From positions 1-64,000 of the forward strand of contig JBGSMV010000018.1 in NCBI GenBank assembly GCA_041739995.1: DNA of 64,000 nt. Reading direction: 5' to 3'. The first letter of the stretch is position 1. Every line of letters begins with the position of its first letter. Position numbers and translations under genes: made by a program. Source of the DNA: Bdellovibrionota bacterium (GTDB lineage Bacteria > Bdellovibrionota_C > UBA2361 > JBGSMV01). Of the stretch, positions 38,880-48,925 are shown one piece after another. The notes beneath the pieces are model-generated. The model was given only the letters and a program-made list of their open reading frames with translations. It ran no database searches and was not told the DNA's origin.

Positions 38880-39697
38880 TGGCGTTGGACACTGAGCAGG
38901 TCGAAGATTCTACCAACCGATCTCAAGCTGACTTCGAAAGCTCTCCATGGGCGGACTCGTCATGGGAGATTGTAGGCGAGGTACCGAAGGGAGAGGAGTT
39001 CTTTCCTATGAAGCTTGCCCCAGTTCCTGGCACCGAAGCTGTTGCGGACCCGATGTTCGCCGACTTTGGGGGAAGAGCCGAGGTTCATGCGGGCGACCGC
39101 TGGCATTTGCCCGAGCATCTAGGAGGAGAGCAGCGAGTAAGAGAAGGCCGAGCGAATGCCCAAGAGGAAGCAGGGAAGGCGCAAGTTGCTGAGTTTGAGC
39201 GTCAAAAAGCCGAGGCCTTTGAGCAAGGGCAGGTTCACGGCAGAGTGGAAGCTGAAGCGGCACAGGCGGAAAAACTTGAAGTGATCAACGCAAGTCTTCA
39301 GACTTTGGTACAGGACATGAAGACGCAGTTGGCGGAGGCGATGTTGCATATTAGCAAGCGCGCAAGTCAGCTGGCAGTGGAGATTTCCAAGAAGATCATA
39401 GATTCCGCGGTCGAGATCAATCCTGAGTATATTGCCAACATCGTGCAGCAGGCCTTGCCGCTTGCAGGCGGCGCAGGGATTAGAAAGGTGCGTGTAAGTC
39501 CACAGGACATGGAGTTTATCGAAGTGGTTGGTGTGCATAGAGTCTTCAAGGACTTTGACGAGTCGTGGGCATTCGAAGCTGACCCAACTATTAGAGCGGG
39601 CTGCATAGTTGAAACATCGGCAGGTGAGATTGATTTTGACCTCGACCACGCCTTTGATCGCCTGAAAGAAAAGATTGTCACTGTTTCAAAGAGCTAG
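38879..39697 (+). CDS. fliH: Flagellar export protein FliH
   Basis: AFEQGQVHG GxxxG-type repeat, VRVSPQD, DPTIRAGCIVETSAGEID. Confidence 0.88.
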   Translation: MALDTEQVEDSTNRSQADFESSPWADSSWEIVGEVPKGEEFFPMKLAPVPGTEAVADPMFADFGGRAEVHAGDRWHLPEHLGGEQRVREGRANAQEEAGKAQVAEFERQKAEAFEQGQVHGRVEAEAAQAEKLEVINASLQTLVQDMKTQLAEAMLHISKRASQLAVEISKKIIDSAVEINPEYIANIVQQALPLAGGAGIRKVRVSPQDMEFIEVVGVHRVFKDFDESWAFEADPTIRAGCIVETSAGEIDFDLDHAFDRLKEKIVTVSKS

Positions 39698-39716
39698 AAC
39701 TGGAAGAGCTTCCCAT

Positions 39717-41063
39717 ATGAATATTGCGGCAGGGGTAGATGAAGTTTTTGATCGCGCGAGTGCTGCCGTAAACCTTGGCAGCCGCTATATGCTGCGAGGT
39801 ACCGTGACTGATGTAACGGGACTTGTGATCGAAGGAACTGGCCCCTTCGTTCCCGTAGGATCAAATGTTTCTATACGATCCGGGGCGCTAAAGATGTCGG
39901 CTCAGGTGGTCGGATTTCGAAGTGACCGGGTACTACTAATGCCCTTCGGTGAAATTCAGGGGATTGCCCCTGGGGCACAGATTCTTGCCGGTGGAGCAAG
40001 CGCTGAGGTGTTGGTTTCCGAGCGTCTTTTAGGGCGCGTGATAGATGCGATGGGCAATCCGCTCGACGGGATGCCATTAGATTCTCAAGGTACGCTTGTG
40101 CCTCTATATCGAGCGCCTCCGAATCCTATTACTCGAGCGCGTATTTCTGAGTGTTTTGATCTCGGAGTGCGCGCAATGAATTCGATGCTCACCGTGGGCG
40201 TCGGCCAGCGCGTGGGGATCATGGCCGGCTCTGGCGTTGGCAAATCGACCTTGTTGGGCATGATCGCAAAGCACTCGGTCAGTGATATTAACGTGATCGC
40301 GCTGGTGGGTGAACGAGGTCGCGAGGTAAGAGAGTTTATTGAAAGAGATCTCGGACCTGAAGGTCTCGCACGCTCGATCGTGATTGTGGCAACCGGCAAC
40401 GAGTCCGCACTCCTTCGTATTCGAGCTGCCTTTTTAGCGACCTCGATTGCTGAGTACTTTCGCGATGCAGGACGACGCGTGGTGTTGATGCTCGATTCAA
40501 TCACCCGCCTTGCCATGGCTCAAAGAGAAATTGGGCTCGCGATCGGGGAACCGCCAAGTACGCGTGGATACACGCCTTCAGTGTTTGCGATGCTCCCTCG
40601 TTTGCTTGAGCGCGCAGGAACTTCAGAAGGAGAGGGCTCGATCACTGGGCTTTATACGGTGCTGGTAGAGGGCGATGACATGAATGAGCCAATCGCGGAT
40701 GCCACCCGAGGAATTCTTGATGGGCACGTGGTGCTCAGTCGCCGTCTTGCCGGAAAGGGCCATTTCCCTGCAATTGAAGTACTCGAAAGCGTGTCTCGCG
40801 TGATGAGTGAAGTGGTTCCAGATGAGGTGGTCGACTGTGCCGCTGAGGCCCGAGACATTATCGCCACTTACCGTGAAGCTGAAGATTTGATCACCATTGG
40901 CGCTTATAAGCCGGGACAAAATCTTCGAGTGGACAAAGCAGTCCGATTGATAGAGCCACTGACGGCATTTCTCAAGCAGCGTTCAACGGAGAGTACCTCG
41001 ATGGCGGATAGTTGGCAGCAGCTTTCCGATATTGTGAATGCGGTCCCTGGTGGTGAAGCTTAA
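39717..41063 (+). CDS. fliI: Flagellar export ATPase FliI (ORF open from 39675)
   Basis: GSGVGKSTLLGM, GERGREVREF, DSITR, GEPP, DGHVVLSR. Confidence 0.97.
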   Translation: MNIAAGVDEVFDRASAAVNLGSRYMLRGTVTDVTGLVIEGTGPFVPVGSNVSIRSGALKMSAQVVGFRSDRVLLMPFGEIQGIAPGAQILAGGASAEVLVSERLLGRVIDAMGNPLDGMPLDSQGTLVPLYRAPPNPITRARISECFDLGVRAMNSMLTVGVGQRVGIMAGSGVGKSTLLGMIAKHSVSDINVIALVGERGREVREFIERDLGPEGLARSIVIVATGNESALLRIRAAFLATSIAEYFRDAGRRVVLMLDSITRLAMAQREIGLAIGEPPSTRGYTPSVFAMLPRLLERAGTSEGEGSITGLYTVLVEGDDMNEPIADATRGILDGHVVLSRRLAGKGHFPAIEVLESVSRVMSEVVPDEVVDCAAEARDIIATYREAEDLITIGAYKPGQNLRVDKAVRLIEPLTAFLKQRSTESTSMADSWQQLSDIVNAVPGGEA

Positions 41064-41569
41064 TGAAGAAATTCAAATTTCGCCTGGAGCGAGTGCTGCA
41101 GTTTCGAATGGCGCTCAAGGATGAGCGCAAGAGAGACCTTCTGGATGCGAATCAGCGCCTGCGCGACGCCGAACAGGTGCAGGAGCAACTCAATGGGGAG
41201 CTTGCTCGCCATGGTCTGGAGAGTGGAGAGGTTTTGTTACTTGGAGAGCTTGAGCTGAGGGGGGTCTACCGAGAGCGGACCAAGCTCGCATTGGAGGCCC
41301 AAGGCGAGGCAGTGGCTATGCGCCAGGTCGACGTGGCGGCGGCACTGGAGAGCTATATTGAGGCCGCTAAGGACGCCAACGCACTGGAAGCGCTTAAGAA
41401 AAGGCGACTCCAAGAGTTCCAAGAGCGCATCCAAAAGCTTGAGGAAACCGCTCTCGATGAAATAGCGGTGCAGCGTGCCGGACGAAAGCTAGTCCTCGCA
41501 CGTCGAGTCAAGCAGCAGCAGGGCGAAGTGGAAGTCAAGGAAGCTGATGGCGGCGCTTTGGACTCCTGA
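41063..41569 (+). CDS. fliJ: Flagellar export chaperone FliJ
   Basis: MKKFKFRLERVL, coiled coil, LDE; follows fliI. Confidence 0.9.
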   Translation: MKKFKFRLERVLQFRMALKDERKRDLLDANQRLRDAEQVQEQLNGELARHGLESGEVLLLGELELRGVYRERTKLALEAQGEAVAMRQVDVAAALESYIEAAKDANALEALKKRRLQEFQERIQKLEETALDEIAVQRAGRKLVLARRVKQQQGEVEVKEADGGALDS

Positions 41570-41651
41570 AGTAGGCGACGTAGTGAAGTTTCAAGGCAGA
41601 AAGTAAATAGGCATCCTCGAACATTGGCTCAAGGATTGGAGGCAGACAGAG

Positions 41652-42503
41652 ATGGACAGCGCAAAGAAAAAACAAAGCATTTCTAGAGAGCAGGCCGGGG
41701 CTATCTATGATGATCTTCAGCAGACCATGAGCTCTTTGATAAAGAAGCATGGCGGCAAATTGCCTCCTGTTTCGAAGGCTGAAAAGAAATCTCAACGCGT
41801 TGCTGCTCCTCGCGGATCCGCACCAGTAGAGCCTAAGTCCGCTGACAAGAGAGTCATTCCTGAAGAGCATCCAGGATTGCCATTGATGCTTCCCACAAAA
41901 ACCAATCGTGGCCATGTCGTAGCGCTCGGTTTGTTGGTGACCTTCGCGACTTTAAAGGTAATGTTCGCAGTTCTTGAAGCTTCGGGAGTTTTTGGAGTGT
42001 CAGCAGCGCAAGCGTCGATTGGGTTCGATGCAGCGGGCGCGACGAGTACCGGCATGCGAGTCCCATTCAGTGAGCCGCGTACTCCTACACAACCTTTTTC
42101 ACGTGAGGAGCTCTCCGTGCTTACCTCGCTTGACCATAGACGTTCTGAATTGGAGGAGCGCTCTCAGCGTCTCGACCAGCGCGAAGCGGATCTTCAGCTC
42201 CGAGATCGTGAGTACCTTGCTCGTCAAACACAGCTTAAGGAGTTAACCGATAAGCTCCAGGCGGAACGCGGCAAGAATGATAAGAAGAGAAACGGCCAGA
42301 TTGATCAGCTTGCCAACGTGTATGGCTCCATGAATCCACCTGAAGCAGCGACGCTGATTGAGCAACTTGACGTGCAGATTGCGCTTGAACTGCTTGAAAG
42401 AATGCCTGAGAAGCGAATTGGGCAAATTCTCTCACTCATGAACAGAGAGCGAGCGCTTACTATTACGCGCATGTTGAGTGGAAAGGGCGAGCGAACGCAC
42501 TAG
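41652..42503 (+). CDS. MotE/FlbB-like (MgtE N-terminal-like) flagellar protein
   Basis: TM, coiled coil, LANVYGSMNPPEAA..L..M...IGQILSLM. Confidence 0.8.
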   Translation: MDSAKKKQSISREQAGAIYDDLQQTMSSLIKKHGGKLPPVSKAEKKSQRVAAPRGSAPVEPKSADKRVIPEEHPGLPLMLPTKTNRGHVVALGLLVTFATLKVMFAVLEASGVFGVSAAQASIGFDAAGATSTGMRVPFSEPRTPTQPFSREELSVLTSLDHRRSELEERSQRLDQREADLQLRDREYLARQTQLKELTDKLQAERGKNDKKRNGQIDQLANVYGSMNPPEAATLIEQLDVQIALELLERMPEKRIGQILSLMNRERALTITRMLSGKGERTH

Positions 42504-42617
42504 TGCCTAGGCGGGTAAATTTGAGTCGCATTTGATGAAAGACCTGGGACGCTCGGTCCAGACTCGGGGTGCTCCTGGTTCTCGTCAGCGCAAAGTAAGA
42601 GAAGATCTCTGCTGAAA

Positions 42618-43334
42618 CTAAGAACGGAAGTTCTGGAGCCGGGAAAAAGTTTTTTCCACCACTGCTTTGACCAAACAAATCGCGCCCGCACTTATTATCG
42701 AAATGCTGTGCGTGAGAGCTACCGAGAAAAGCTCTTGCCCGACGGTGAGCGCATACCACAGTCCGCTGATGTCTTTTACTATCGTTCCAATCTCCCGGAA
42801 CCAGGAAACCGCTGCCGTGCGCTTACTGCGCCACATGTGTCGCGCCTGAGAGATTTTGCCGATTAGTAGAAAAACCGAAACGCCCGCCAACGCAAAGTCA
42901 GTTGCATTTGCGACGAGAGCAGAAGCGACGTAGATGCCGCTAGTCCGCGCAGTAATCATCAGTCCAAGAAAAACGATCCCGCACAATGCAGCAGTGAAAT
43001 ATGCTCGCGCACGTGGAAGGCGGTAATGTGCCAAAAATCCGAGAATTATGGTTGAGAGAATTACTACAGGAATTCGAGTTCCTACCAACATCAAATCGAA
43101 ATACGTTCTTGTCGCACCAGAGAGGGCGAAAAGTAGGAAGATGACAACTCCCACTACTTCGCGAAATGGAAGAAGCCCATCGCAGACCTGTTCAGGCGGC
43201 AGAGCGCCATTGATCGCCAACCGATGTCGTTTGAATAATTTTAGAACCTGAGCAGCGAAGCCAGCCACCGTGAAGGCGAGAAAAGTAACGGCAGCTAAAA
43301 TCTCTGAAGGAACGTTCATGATAGCGCTAGACAT
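42618..43334 (-). CDS. Polytopic membrane protein (possibly PQ-loop/SemiSWEET-like)
   Basis: About 7 hydrophobic segments; internal two-fold pattern (AQVLKL / SQARHM). Confidence 0.55.
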   Translation of the reverse strand: MSSAIMNVPSEILAAVTFLAFTVAGFAAQVLKLFKRHRLAINGALPPEQVCDGLLPFREVVGVVIFLLFALSGATRTYFDLMLVGTRIPVVILSTIILGFLAHYRLPRARAYFTAALCGIVFLGLMITARTSGIYVASALVANATDFALAGVSVFLLIGKISQARHMWRSKRTAAVSWFREIGTIVKDISGLWYALTVGQELFSVALTHSISIISAGAICLVKAVVEKTFSRLQNFRS

Positions 43335-43526
43335 TGGTGCTCACTGTTCTTTCGCACAAGAGTCAAAGGCGGGAGGATTGGCAGAAATTCAGTGGAAAGA
43401 CCGCCGGGGAGATGTTTTAGGGCAGGCTCAGGCGAGATTTTTGACTTGTCGCTTTGAGGAGAGTAGACGGGCGAATTATTGGTAACCGCAGGGGCGTGCG
43501 TTCAGCTTGTATCTTGAGGCCCATGC

Positions 43527-43967
43527 ATGCAGCGTTTTCAGGGTAGTTTTTTTGAGGAGAGTGCTATGCCAGCGCATCAAGAGTCGAGTTGTATCCCACC
43601 ATTAGCCGCTGCCAGAACTTCAGGAGAAGTACCGGCGGCGTTAGGTTCCGCTGGTCTACAGGATCTTTCAGCCTTACAGGGTGCCGGTTCACAGAGTGCC
43701 GGTGGTATGTCTCAGGTGGAGTTGGTAACGGCGGTCGTGCGGCGTCTGGCTGAGCAGAATCGGCCCTCTGATCTTACAGTAGTGGAGCAAGTACTTGGGC
43801 TGAATGCAGATGGCTTTAGCTCTATGGCGATAGCAGACCGCACTGACCTACCACCTCGTGAGATAACCGGAATTCTAAGTACCGCCAATTTCTGCTCTCG
43901 TGAGCCTCGACCTGGAAGAATGGAGGGGCGAGTGATTGGATCTCGACCCGGTGCAGAAACCCACTAG
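43527..43967 (+). CDS. Hypothetical protein upstream of the helicase
   Basis: 146-aa ORF; alternative ATG after GAGGAGAG; no recognised motif. Confidence 0.45.
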   Translation: MQRFQGSFFEESAMPAHQESSCIPPLAAARTSGEVPAALGSAGLQDLSALQGAGSQSAGGMSQVELVTAVVRRLAEQNRPSDLTVVEQVLGLNADGFSSMAIADRTDLPPREITGILSTANFCSREPRPGRMEGRVIGSRPGAETH

Positions 43968-44252
43968 TTCGCTGACTTGCATCACGCACAGTTGAATTGC
44001 TACCGGGTTAATAACCAATCCGTGCACGCGCGTCTCATTCTAAATATAAAAGTCAATTCAATGGCTTAGCTATTGGAACGACTAGCTCGGCCAGTTGTGG
44101 CATTTTTGGGCTTGGCGCTTCGAGTTCACTGACTCGCAGTCTTGTCGACTCCAAAGCCTTCCTATCGTACCGCAGCGGGAGCGCAAGCTCGAATACCTGC
44201 TCATTTTGAAGGGAACTCTTGCCAATGAATTCCCCTCGAGGACCAAGAGAGA

Positions 44253-46280
44253 ATGACTTCGCATAGACAGGATTCAGCAGTTGAGAGGACCATGTTGGCG
44301 GCAGGAAAGCTGTACTGCCCATGGCGAGAAAGCTGGGTTGCTCGGCCAAAAATGGTTGCACCTGAGACGCTCACCATCGCTGATTGGAAGCAGTGCTTTA
44401 ATTTGAAATGCACTCGACCCGATGCCCCGATCTTGCGGGCTTGGCAAGCAAATTTCTTGAGAGATTGGTTCGGCACTTCAGGCTCCTTTGCATTACAGGC
44501 AGACCCTGGTGAAGGGAAAACCAGAGCGGCGCTTCTCGCAGCCGATCATATAATCAGCAGCGGTGGCTGCGCCGTGATTGTGGTGCAAACTAAGGATCAC
44601 CTTCAGCAAATCGATCAGGAAATCCGAAGCCTCTTTACTGCGCCAGATGGCGGGCCGGTGGATCGGATTCTCGCAGTCTTGAGCGGGCGCCAAGGTCCTA
44701 AGGGGCGCCAAAAGATCTATGACGATCCCACTAAACAGTTGATTGTCATAACGGCGGAATGTTGTGCCCGTGATATGGGCTCGACCCCACGAAAGGGGAA
44801 GGAGGAACTCTCAATTCCGCCTCGTTTGAAGCTCACGAGTCGTGATTTGCTTGTTCTCGACGAGGGCGATCTCATGCGTGGGAACGAAGGACTCGCAAGA
44901 ATACATCGCAAATGGAAGTCGATAGATCAGGGTGAGCAAACTACCGGACTAACGGCGAATCGACCAAGGCTACTGATTCAAAGCGCCACACTGACTATCT
45001 CCCACAATCCGGACGAAGAACACGGGGAAGTGCTGGACTATAAAAAGCGGCACGGCGTTGAACGTTTCTTTAACGTTCCCGCTCCTAGTTCCTTGAATTA
45101 CGACATTGCCCAGCCTTCCGTAGGGCGGCTCCCTGAAGGAGTCTGCATCGCAAGTCAAAGCATTCGAAACCAGTTTTGGGAACTGATCGAAGGAATCGAG
45201 TACGCTGAACTAGATGCCAATAACGATTCAGAATCTTCGGTGCAGCGCCGAATTCGTGCCTTGAACAAAGGCCGGGTGAAAGAACCTCAGTACGGTCGCC
45301 TCGGCCTTGATGAAGGAGTTGTGGACACTGGACGCCACGTGCACGTACTTCCCTCAATAAAGACGGTGCTTGGGCTTGTAAGTGCATTGCGTGCCAATAT
45401 TGACGAATTTCCCGAGTGGCCACGAACGCAGGTGCTGCGCAACTGCTTGCGTGATGCCTATCAGGCGTTGACGCTTTATCATTGTAATTCTGTGCTCACC
45501 AATGAACTGCGTGTTTCGTTCTTGGAGTATGCGGGGCAATTGATTCACGAGAGTAAAGTAGGGGATCGCTACCTTCCGCACTTAAGGGCTTTGTTTCCGC
45601 CGGGAGCTCTGCCCCCATGGTGGACTCAAATGGCCAGAGGAACTCCATATGAGAGTCTGCCGGGAAGCAGCGCGAGTTCGTTTTTTGGAAATGAGCGAGA
45701 GCTTGGCAGTGCAGCTCGAGAGCTCATGGACTGCAAAATTCAGGAGCATCCTAATCTGCGCAGCACATTGCAGTGGCTGACCGGAGGTATCCGACAGCGC
45801 AGTCCCGGACAAGCCATGCTGGTGTGTGGTACCGCGATGGAGACCATGTATCTCAGAGATAAGATCGAGAAAGAAACGGGAGAAAGCGGGGTTTCCTTGA
45901 TGGGGCATAGTCATCTGGCCCCCTCCAGACGAAGCGAGAATTTTGGAAAGGCTCATTCTGGCGTGGCGTCCTTAGTGACCGCGACCTCTGTAGCCGAGCG
46001 CGGCGTTGACCTACAGTCCTTGAAGAATCTTTTGATCTTGAATCCCCCCTATGATTTGCGACAAGCAAAGCAGTTGTTGGGTCGAGTTGGTCGCAATCCG
46101 GAAATCCCCGGCTTGGTTTCGTTTATGTACGCCGAAGGTTCCAGCCGAGAAATAATGCTTAGGGCACTCGTAGCTAAATCTGCAAGGTATGGAGACGACT
46201 CTCCTCTCAAGCAACTATTTTTTGAGCGATTGCCGCGTCGCCGTCGCCGAGGCCCTGTAGGGCCGGGACTGTTTGAATGA
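44253..46280 (+). CDS. SF2 helicase, Hef/Mph1/FANCM-like, no ERCC4 nuclease domain (alternative start 44292)
   Basis: LRAWQ (Q), ADPGEGKT (I), VQTKDHLQQ (Ia), LVLDEGD (II), QSAT (III), TATSVAERGVD (V), QLLGRVGR (VI); helical insert between the RecA lobes. Confidence 0.8.
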   Translation: MTSHRQDSAVERTMLAAGKLYCPWRESWVARPKMVAPETLTIADWKQCFNLKCTRPDAPILRAWQANFLRDWFGTSGSFALQADPGEGKTRAALLAADHIISSGGCAVIVVQTKDHLQQIDQEIRSLFTAPDGGPVDRILAVLSGRQGPKGRQKIYDDPTKQLIVITAECCARDMGSTPRKGKEELSIPPRLKLTSRDLLVLDEGDLMRGNEGLARIHRKWKSIDQGEQTTGLTANRPRLLIQSATLTISHNPDEEHGEVLDYKKRHGVERFFNVPAPSSLNYDIAQPSVGRLPEGVCIASQSIRNQFWELIEGIEYAELDANNDSESSVQRRIRALNKGRVKEPQYGRLGLDEGVVDTGRHVHVLPSIKTVLGLVSALRANIDEFPEWPRTQVLRNCLRDAYQALTLYHCNSVLTNELRVSFLEYAGQLIHESKVGDRYLPHLRALFPPGALPPWWTQMARGTPYESLPGSSASSFFGNERELGSAARELMDCKIQEHPNLRSTLQWLTGGIRQRSPGQAMLVCGTAMETMYLRDKIEKETGESGVSLMGHSHLAPSRRSENFGKAHSGVASLVTATSVAERGVDLQSLKNLLILNPPYDLRQAKQLLGRVGRNPEIPGLVSFMYAEGSSREIMLRALVAKSARYGDDSPLKQLFFERLPRRRRRGPVGPGLFE

Positions 46281-48058
46281 GTGGGGCGCTTTTCCGTCAC
46301 ATGACTCATGCGCATGAGCCGGTTCTGCGCCTTCCTCTGGCGCCGAGAACACTCAATGCAGTTGAAAGTAGTCGAGTATTCAGTCTGATGGCGGAAGGAT
46401 TCACTTCCACTCAGGCAGAATTTGCGCAGCGTCGAGGAGTTCCAGATCTCCAACCCTATGTGACCCCAAAAGCACCGTCGTTGAACGAGTTCCTCAAGCT
46501 CCCGGGAGTGCAGGAGTCGCTTGAGCTGATGGCCCAGGCGCGAACTCGCGCTGCGAAGATAGCAATCTGTGGGGACTACGATGTCGACGGAGTCTGTTCA
46601 GTCGCGATAGCACAAGCTGCTTGTCAAGCGCTTGGCCTCGCTACTCATTGCGATACGCCGTGTCGTAGAAACGAAGGCTATGGGCTCAATTTTCGGATGG
46701 TGGAAGGGGCAACGGCCGAAGGCTGTACGGTGCTCTTAGCGCTCGACTTTGGAACTACTCAACACAAAGTCATTCGCTACGCTCAGGAGCAAGGCATGCA
46801 AGTGGTGGTGATTGACCATCACAAATTAGGCGATTTTCCTCTGCCGTCTGCAGAGGCTCTGATTAATCCCAATGCGCGCGGTGATAAGTTCCAAGAATTC
46901 TGCGCTGCCGGGCTGTGCATGATGTGGGCGGCTTCGATACGAAAAGAACTCGGAGTGCCTCTGAACATGGACAAAATCTGCGCCATGAGCGCCTTGGCTA
47001 CCGTTGCGGATGTTATGCCGCTTAGTAAAGAGAGCAACCGTGCAGTGGTACGACACGGACGTGCGCTCGTGACCCAACACGAGGGACTTGCGACTTTGTG
47101 TGAGGTGCTTGGTATCAAAGGGGAAGCCAGCTTTTCTGATCTTGCCTTTCAGATTGGACCAGCGCTAAACGCGCCGGGAAGAATTCGGGCCAGAAACTTT
47201 GATTCTTGTGGACGGTTGGAACGCGGTGCCTTGGAGTCTCAGGATTTACTATTCGGTCATTCTAAAGGATTGACGTCAGAGCAGCTGACGGAGCTTGCCT
47301 CATCAATTAGAAGTGCCAATCAGGATCGTAAGACGCGCGAGCGAATAGACTATCAGCGCGCGCTTAAACTTTTGCGAGGTGGTCCATTGGGTCGGGCAAT
47401 AGTGCTTGCCAGTGATTCGTTTGATCCGGGGCTTGTGGGGCTAGTGGCCTCACGTCTGTCAGAAAATTATGCCCGTCCCGTAGAAGCGATTGTATGGGAT
47501 GGCAAAATCGGAAAAGGCTCGGTGCGCTCTGGTGGCGACCTTAGGGTATATGAAGCCCTTCACCGCTGTAGAGAGCACGAGATGCACTACGGGGGACACG
47601 ACGCGGCGGGAGGAAACAAGTTAAAGCGCGAGCAGTTTGAAGCTTTTGCAAGTGCATTCGCTGCAGAAACCTTTCGTCAGTTGGGACCATTTAAGGCACC
47701 GACCATTCAGACCGATTTTGCGATGTCGCTTGCCGAAGTCGAGCGCGGACTTGAGGGGCTTGCAGACGAGCTCTCGCTGTTTGAGCCTTTTGGAAACGGG
47801 CATCTTGCACCGCGAATTCTGATACCAAACGTAACTATTTCGAGTTTTCTGCCAATCGGGGCGGAGCATTTTCTAGTTAAACTCTCTGAAAAATCTGCTC
47901 GTGGGGAGGCCTACCTGTGGCGAGGTACTGAAAGCCCATTGTTAAAACTGGCGGGTCATAAGGTGACGCTTGCCTGTCGCCTCGGATGGTATCGAGGGCA
48001 GGGGAGCCGAGAGCAGGCTCCCTCCTTGGAGATAGAAGGTGGAGCAAGCGCTCGGTAA
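46277..48058 (+). CDS. recJ: RecJ-type DHH single-stranded DNA exonuclease
   Basis: GDYDVDG, EGYGL, LDFG, IDHH, TVADVMPL, GPALNAPGR, GKGSVRS, GGHDAAGG, FEPFG. Confidence 0.92.
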   Translation: MSGALFRHMTHAHEPVLRLPLAPRTLNAVESSRVFSLMAEGFTSTQAEFAQRRGVPDLQPYVTPKAPSLNEFLKLPGVQESLELMAQARTRAAKIAICGDYDVDGVCSVAIAQAACQALGLATHCDTPCRRNEGYGLNFRMVEGATAEGCTVLLALDFGTTQHKVIRYAQEQGMQVVVIDHHKLGDFPLPSAEALINPNARGDKFQEFCAAGLCMMWAASIRKELGVPLNMDKICAMSALATVADVMPLSKESNRAVVRHGRALVTQHEGLATLCEVLGIKGEASFSDLAFQIGPALNAPGRIRARNFDSCGRLERGALESQDLLFGHSKGLTSEQLTELASSIRSANQDRKTRERIDYQRALKLLRGGPLGRAIVLASDSFDPGLVGLVASRLSENYARPVEAIVWDGKIGKGSVRSGGDLRVYEALHRCREHEMHYGGHDAAGGNKLKREQFEAFASAFAAETFRQLGPFKAPTIQTDFAMSLAEVERGLEGLADELSLFEPFGNGHLAPRILIPNVTISSFLPIGAEHFLVKLSEKSARGEAYLWRGTESPLLKLAGHKVTLACRLGWYRGQGSREQAPSLEIEGGASAR

Positions 48059-48109
48059 CTTTTGTCGACGCAGGGTAGAGTAACATTCTAGGTACGGAGT
48101 CTGATTTCG

Positions 48110-48667
48110 CTACAGAGATCCGTTACGACCTGAGGGAGCAAACTCAACACAACGGGTTCGAGGCCCCGCAGCGACTCGACTCATCTGAAGGTAGAGACTT
48201 CCGCCCTCGGCTATTCTTCTGGCCTGACGTGCCAAGCGGCGCGCAAAGTGCTGTGGTGCTCTGCCAGTTCCACCGTAGAAACGTGGGCGACCGTTGCCGC
48301 TAAAGTTTGGCAAGTACCTGGCAAGTTCACCCGCCAAAGTCCCGTTTGCAAAGTAAAATGGTAGGGTAGTCCGTCGTAGAGAGGGGCATCGTCGAGCACA
48401 GACCAAGGTATAGCCGGTGGTGCGGCGGTCCAGCGGGTTCGAGAAATGAGCTGAAGCTTCCGATTTAATCAAAAGATCTCCTGGCTCGATCACATCAATT
48501 GTGGCGCACACCGATGAGAGCGGATCTGGAGTTTCTTCCTCCTGAGCCATGGCGGGAGCGGTATGCAGGCTTAGTACGAGGAGGCTCAGTCCGCAGAGGT
48601 GCCAGCCCTGGCACAGTATTCTGGACATGTTGACGGGGACTTGACTAAAGGAGGGAATACTCTTCAT
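48110..48667 (-). CDS. Hypothetical exported protein
   Basis: Signal-peptide-like N-terminus ending AMA; several Cys. Confidence 0.6.
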   Translation of the reverse strand: MKSIPSFSQVPVNMSRILCQGWHLCGLSLLVLSLHTAPAMAQEEETPDPLSSVCATIDVIEPGDLLIKSEASAHFSNPLDRRTTGYTLVCARRCPSLRRTTLPFYFANGTLAGELARYLPNFSGNGRPRFYGGTGRAPQHFARRLARQARRIAEGGSLYLQMSRVAAGPRTRCVEFAPSGRNGSL

Positions 48668-48925
48668 GGGGACGGCCTTTACGATATTCTTGGACTAGCT
48701 AATTAGATTGCGACGCGCTGCCTGTAGGAATATCGAAAGGCTGAATTGTCTTGCAAAGATCTGGGCGCTAAATTCTTGTAGCAAAGTCTCGTAGTACCGA
48801 AAGAATGAGAGAATTCAGTAAGCCAAAGAGACTCTAATTATCGTTCTTCGTGCAGACAGCGTATTGCGCGCGAGATTGACCGCCGAGTACGCCAAAGGGT
48901 GAGAAGGATTATTCTCAAGAAGACA

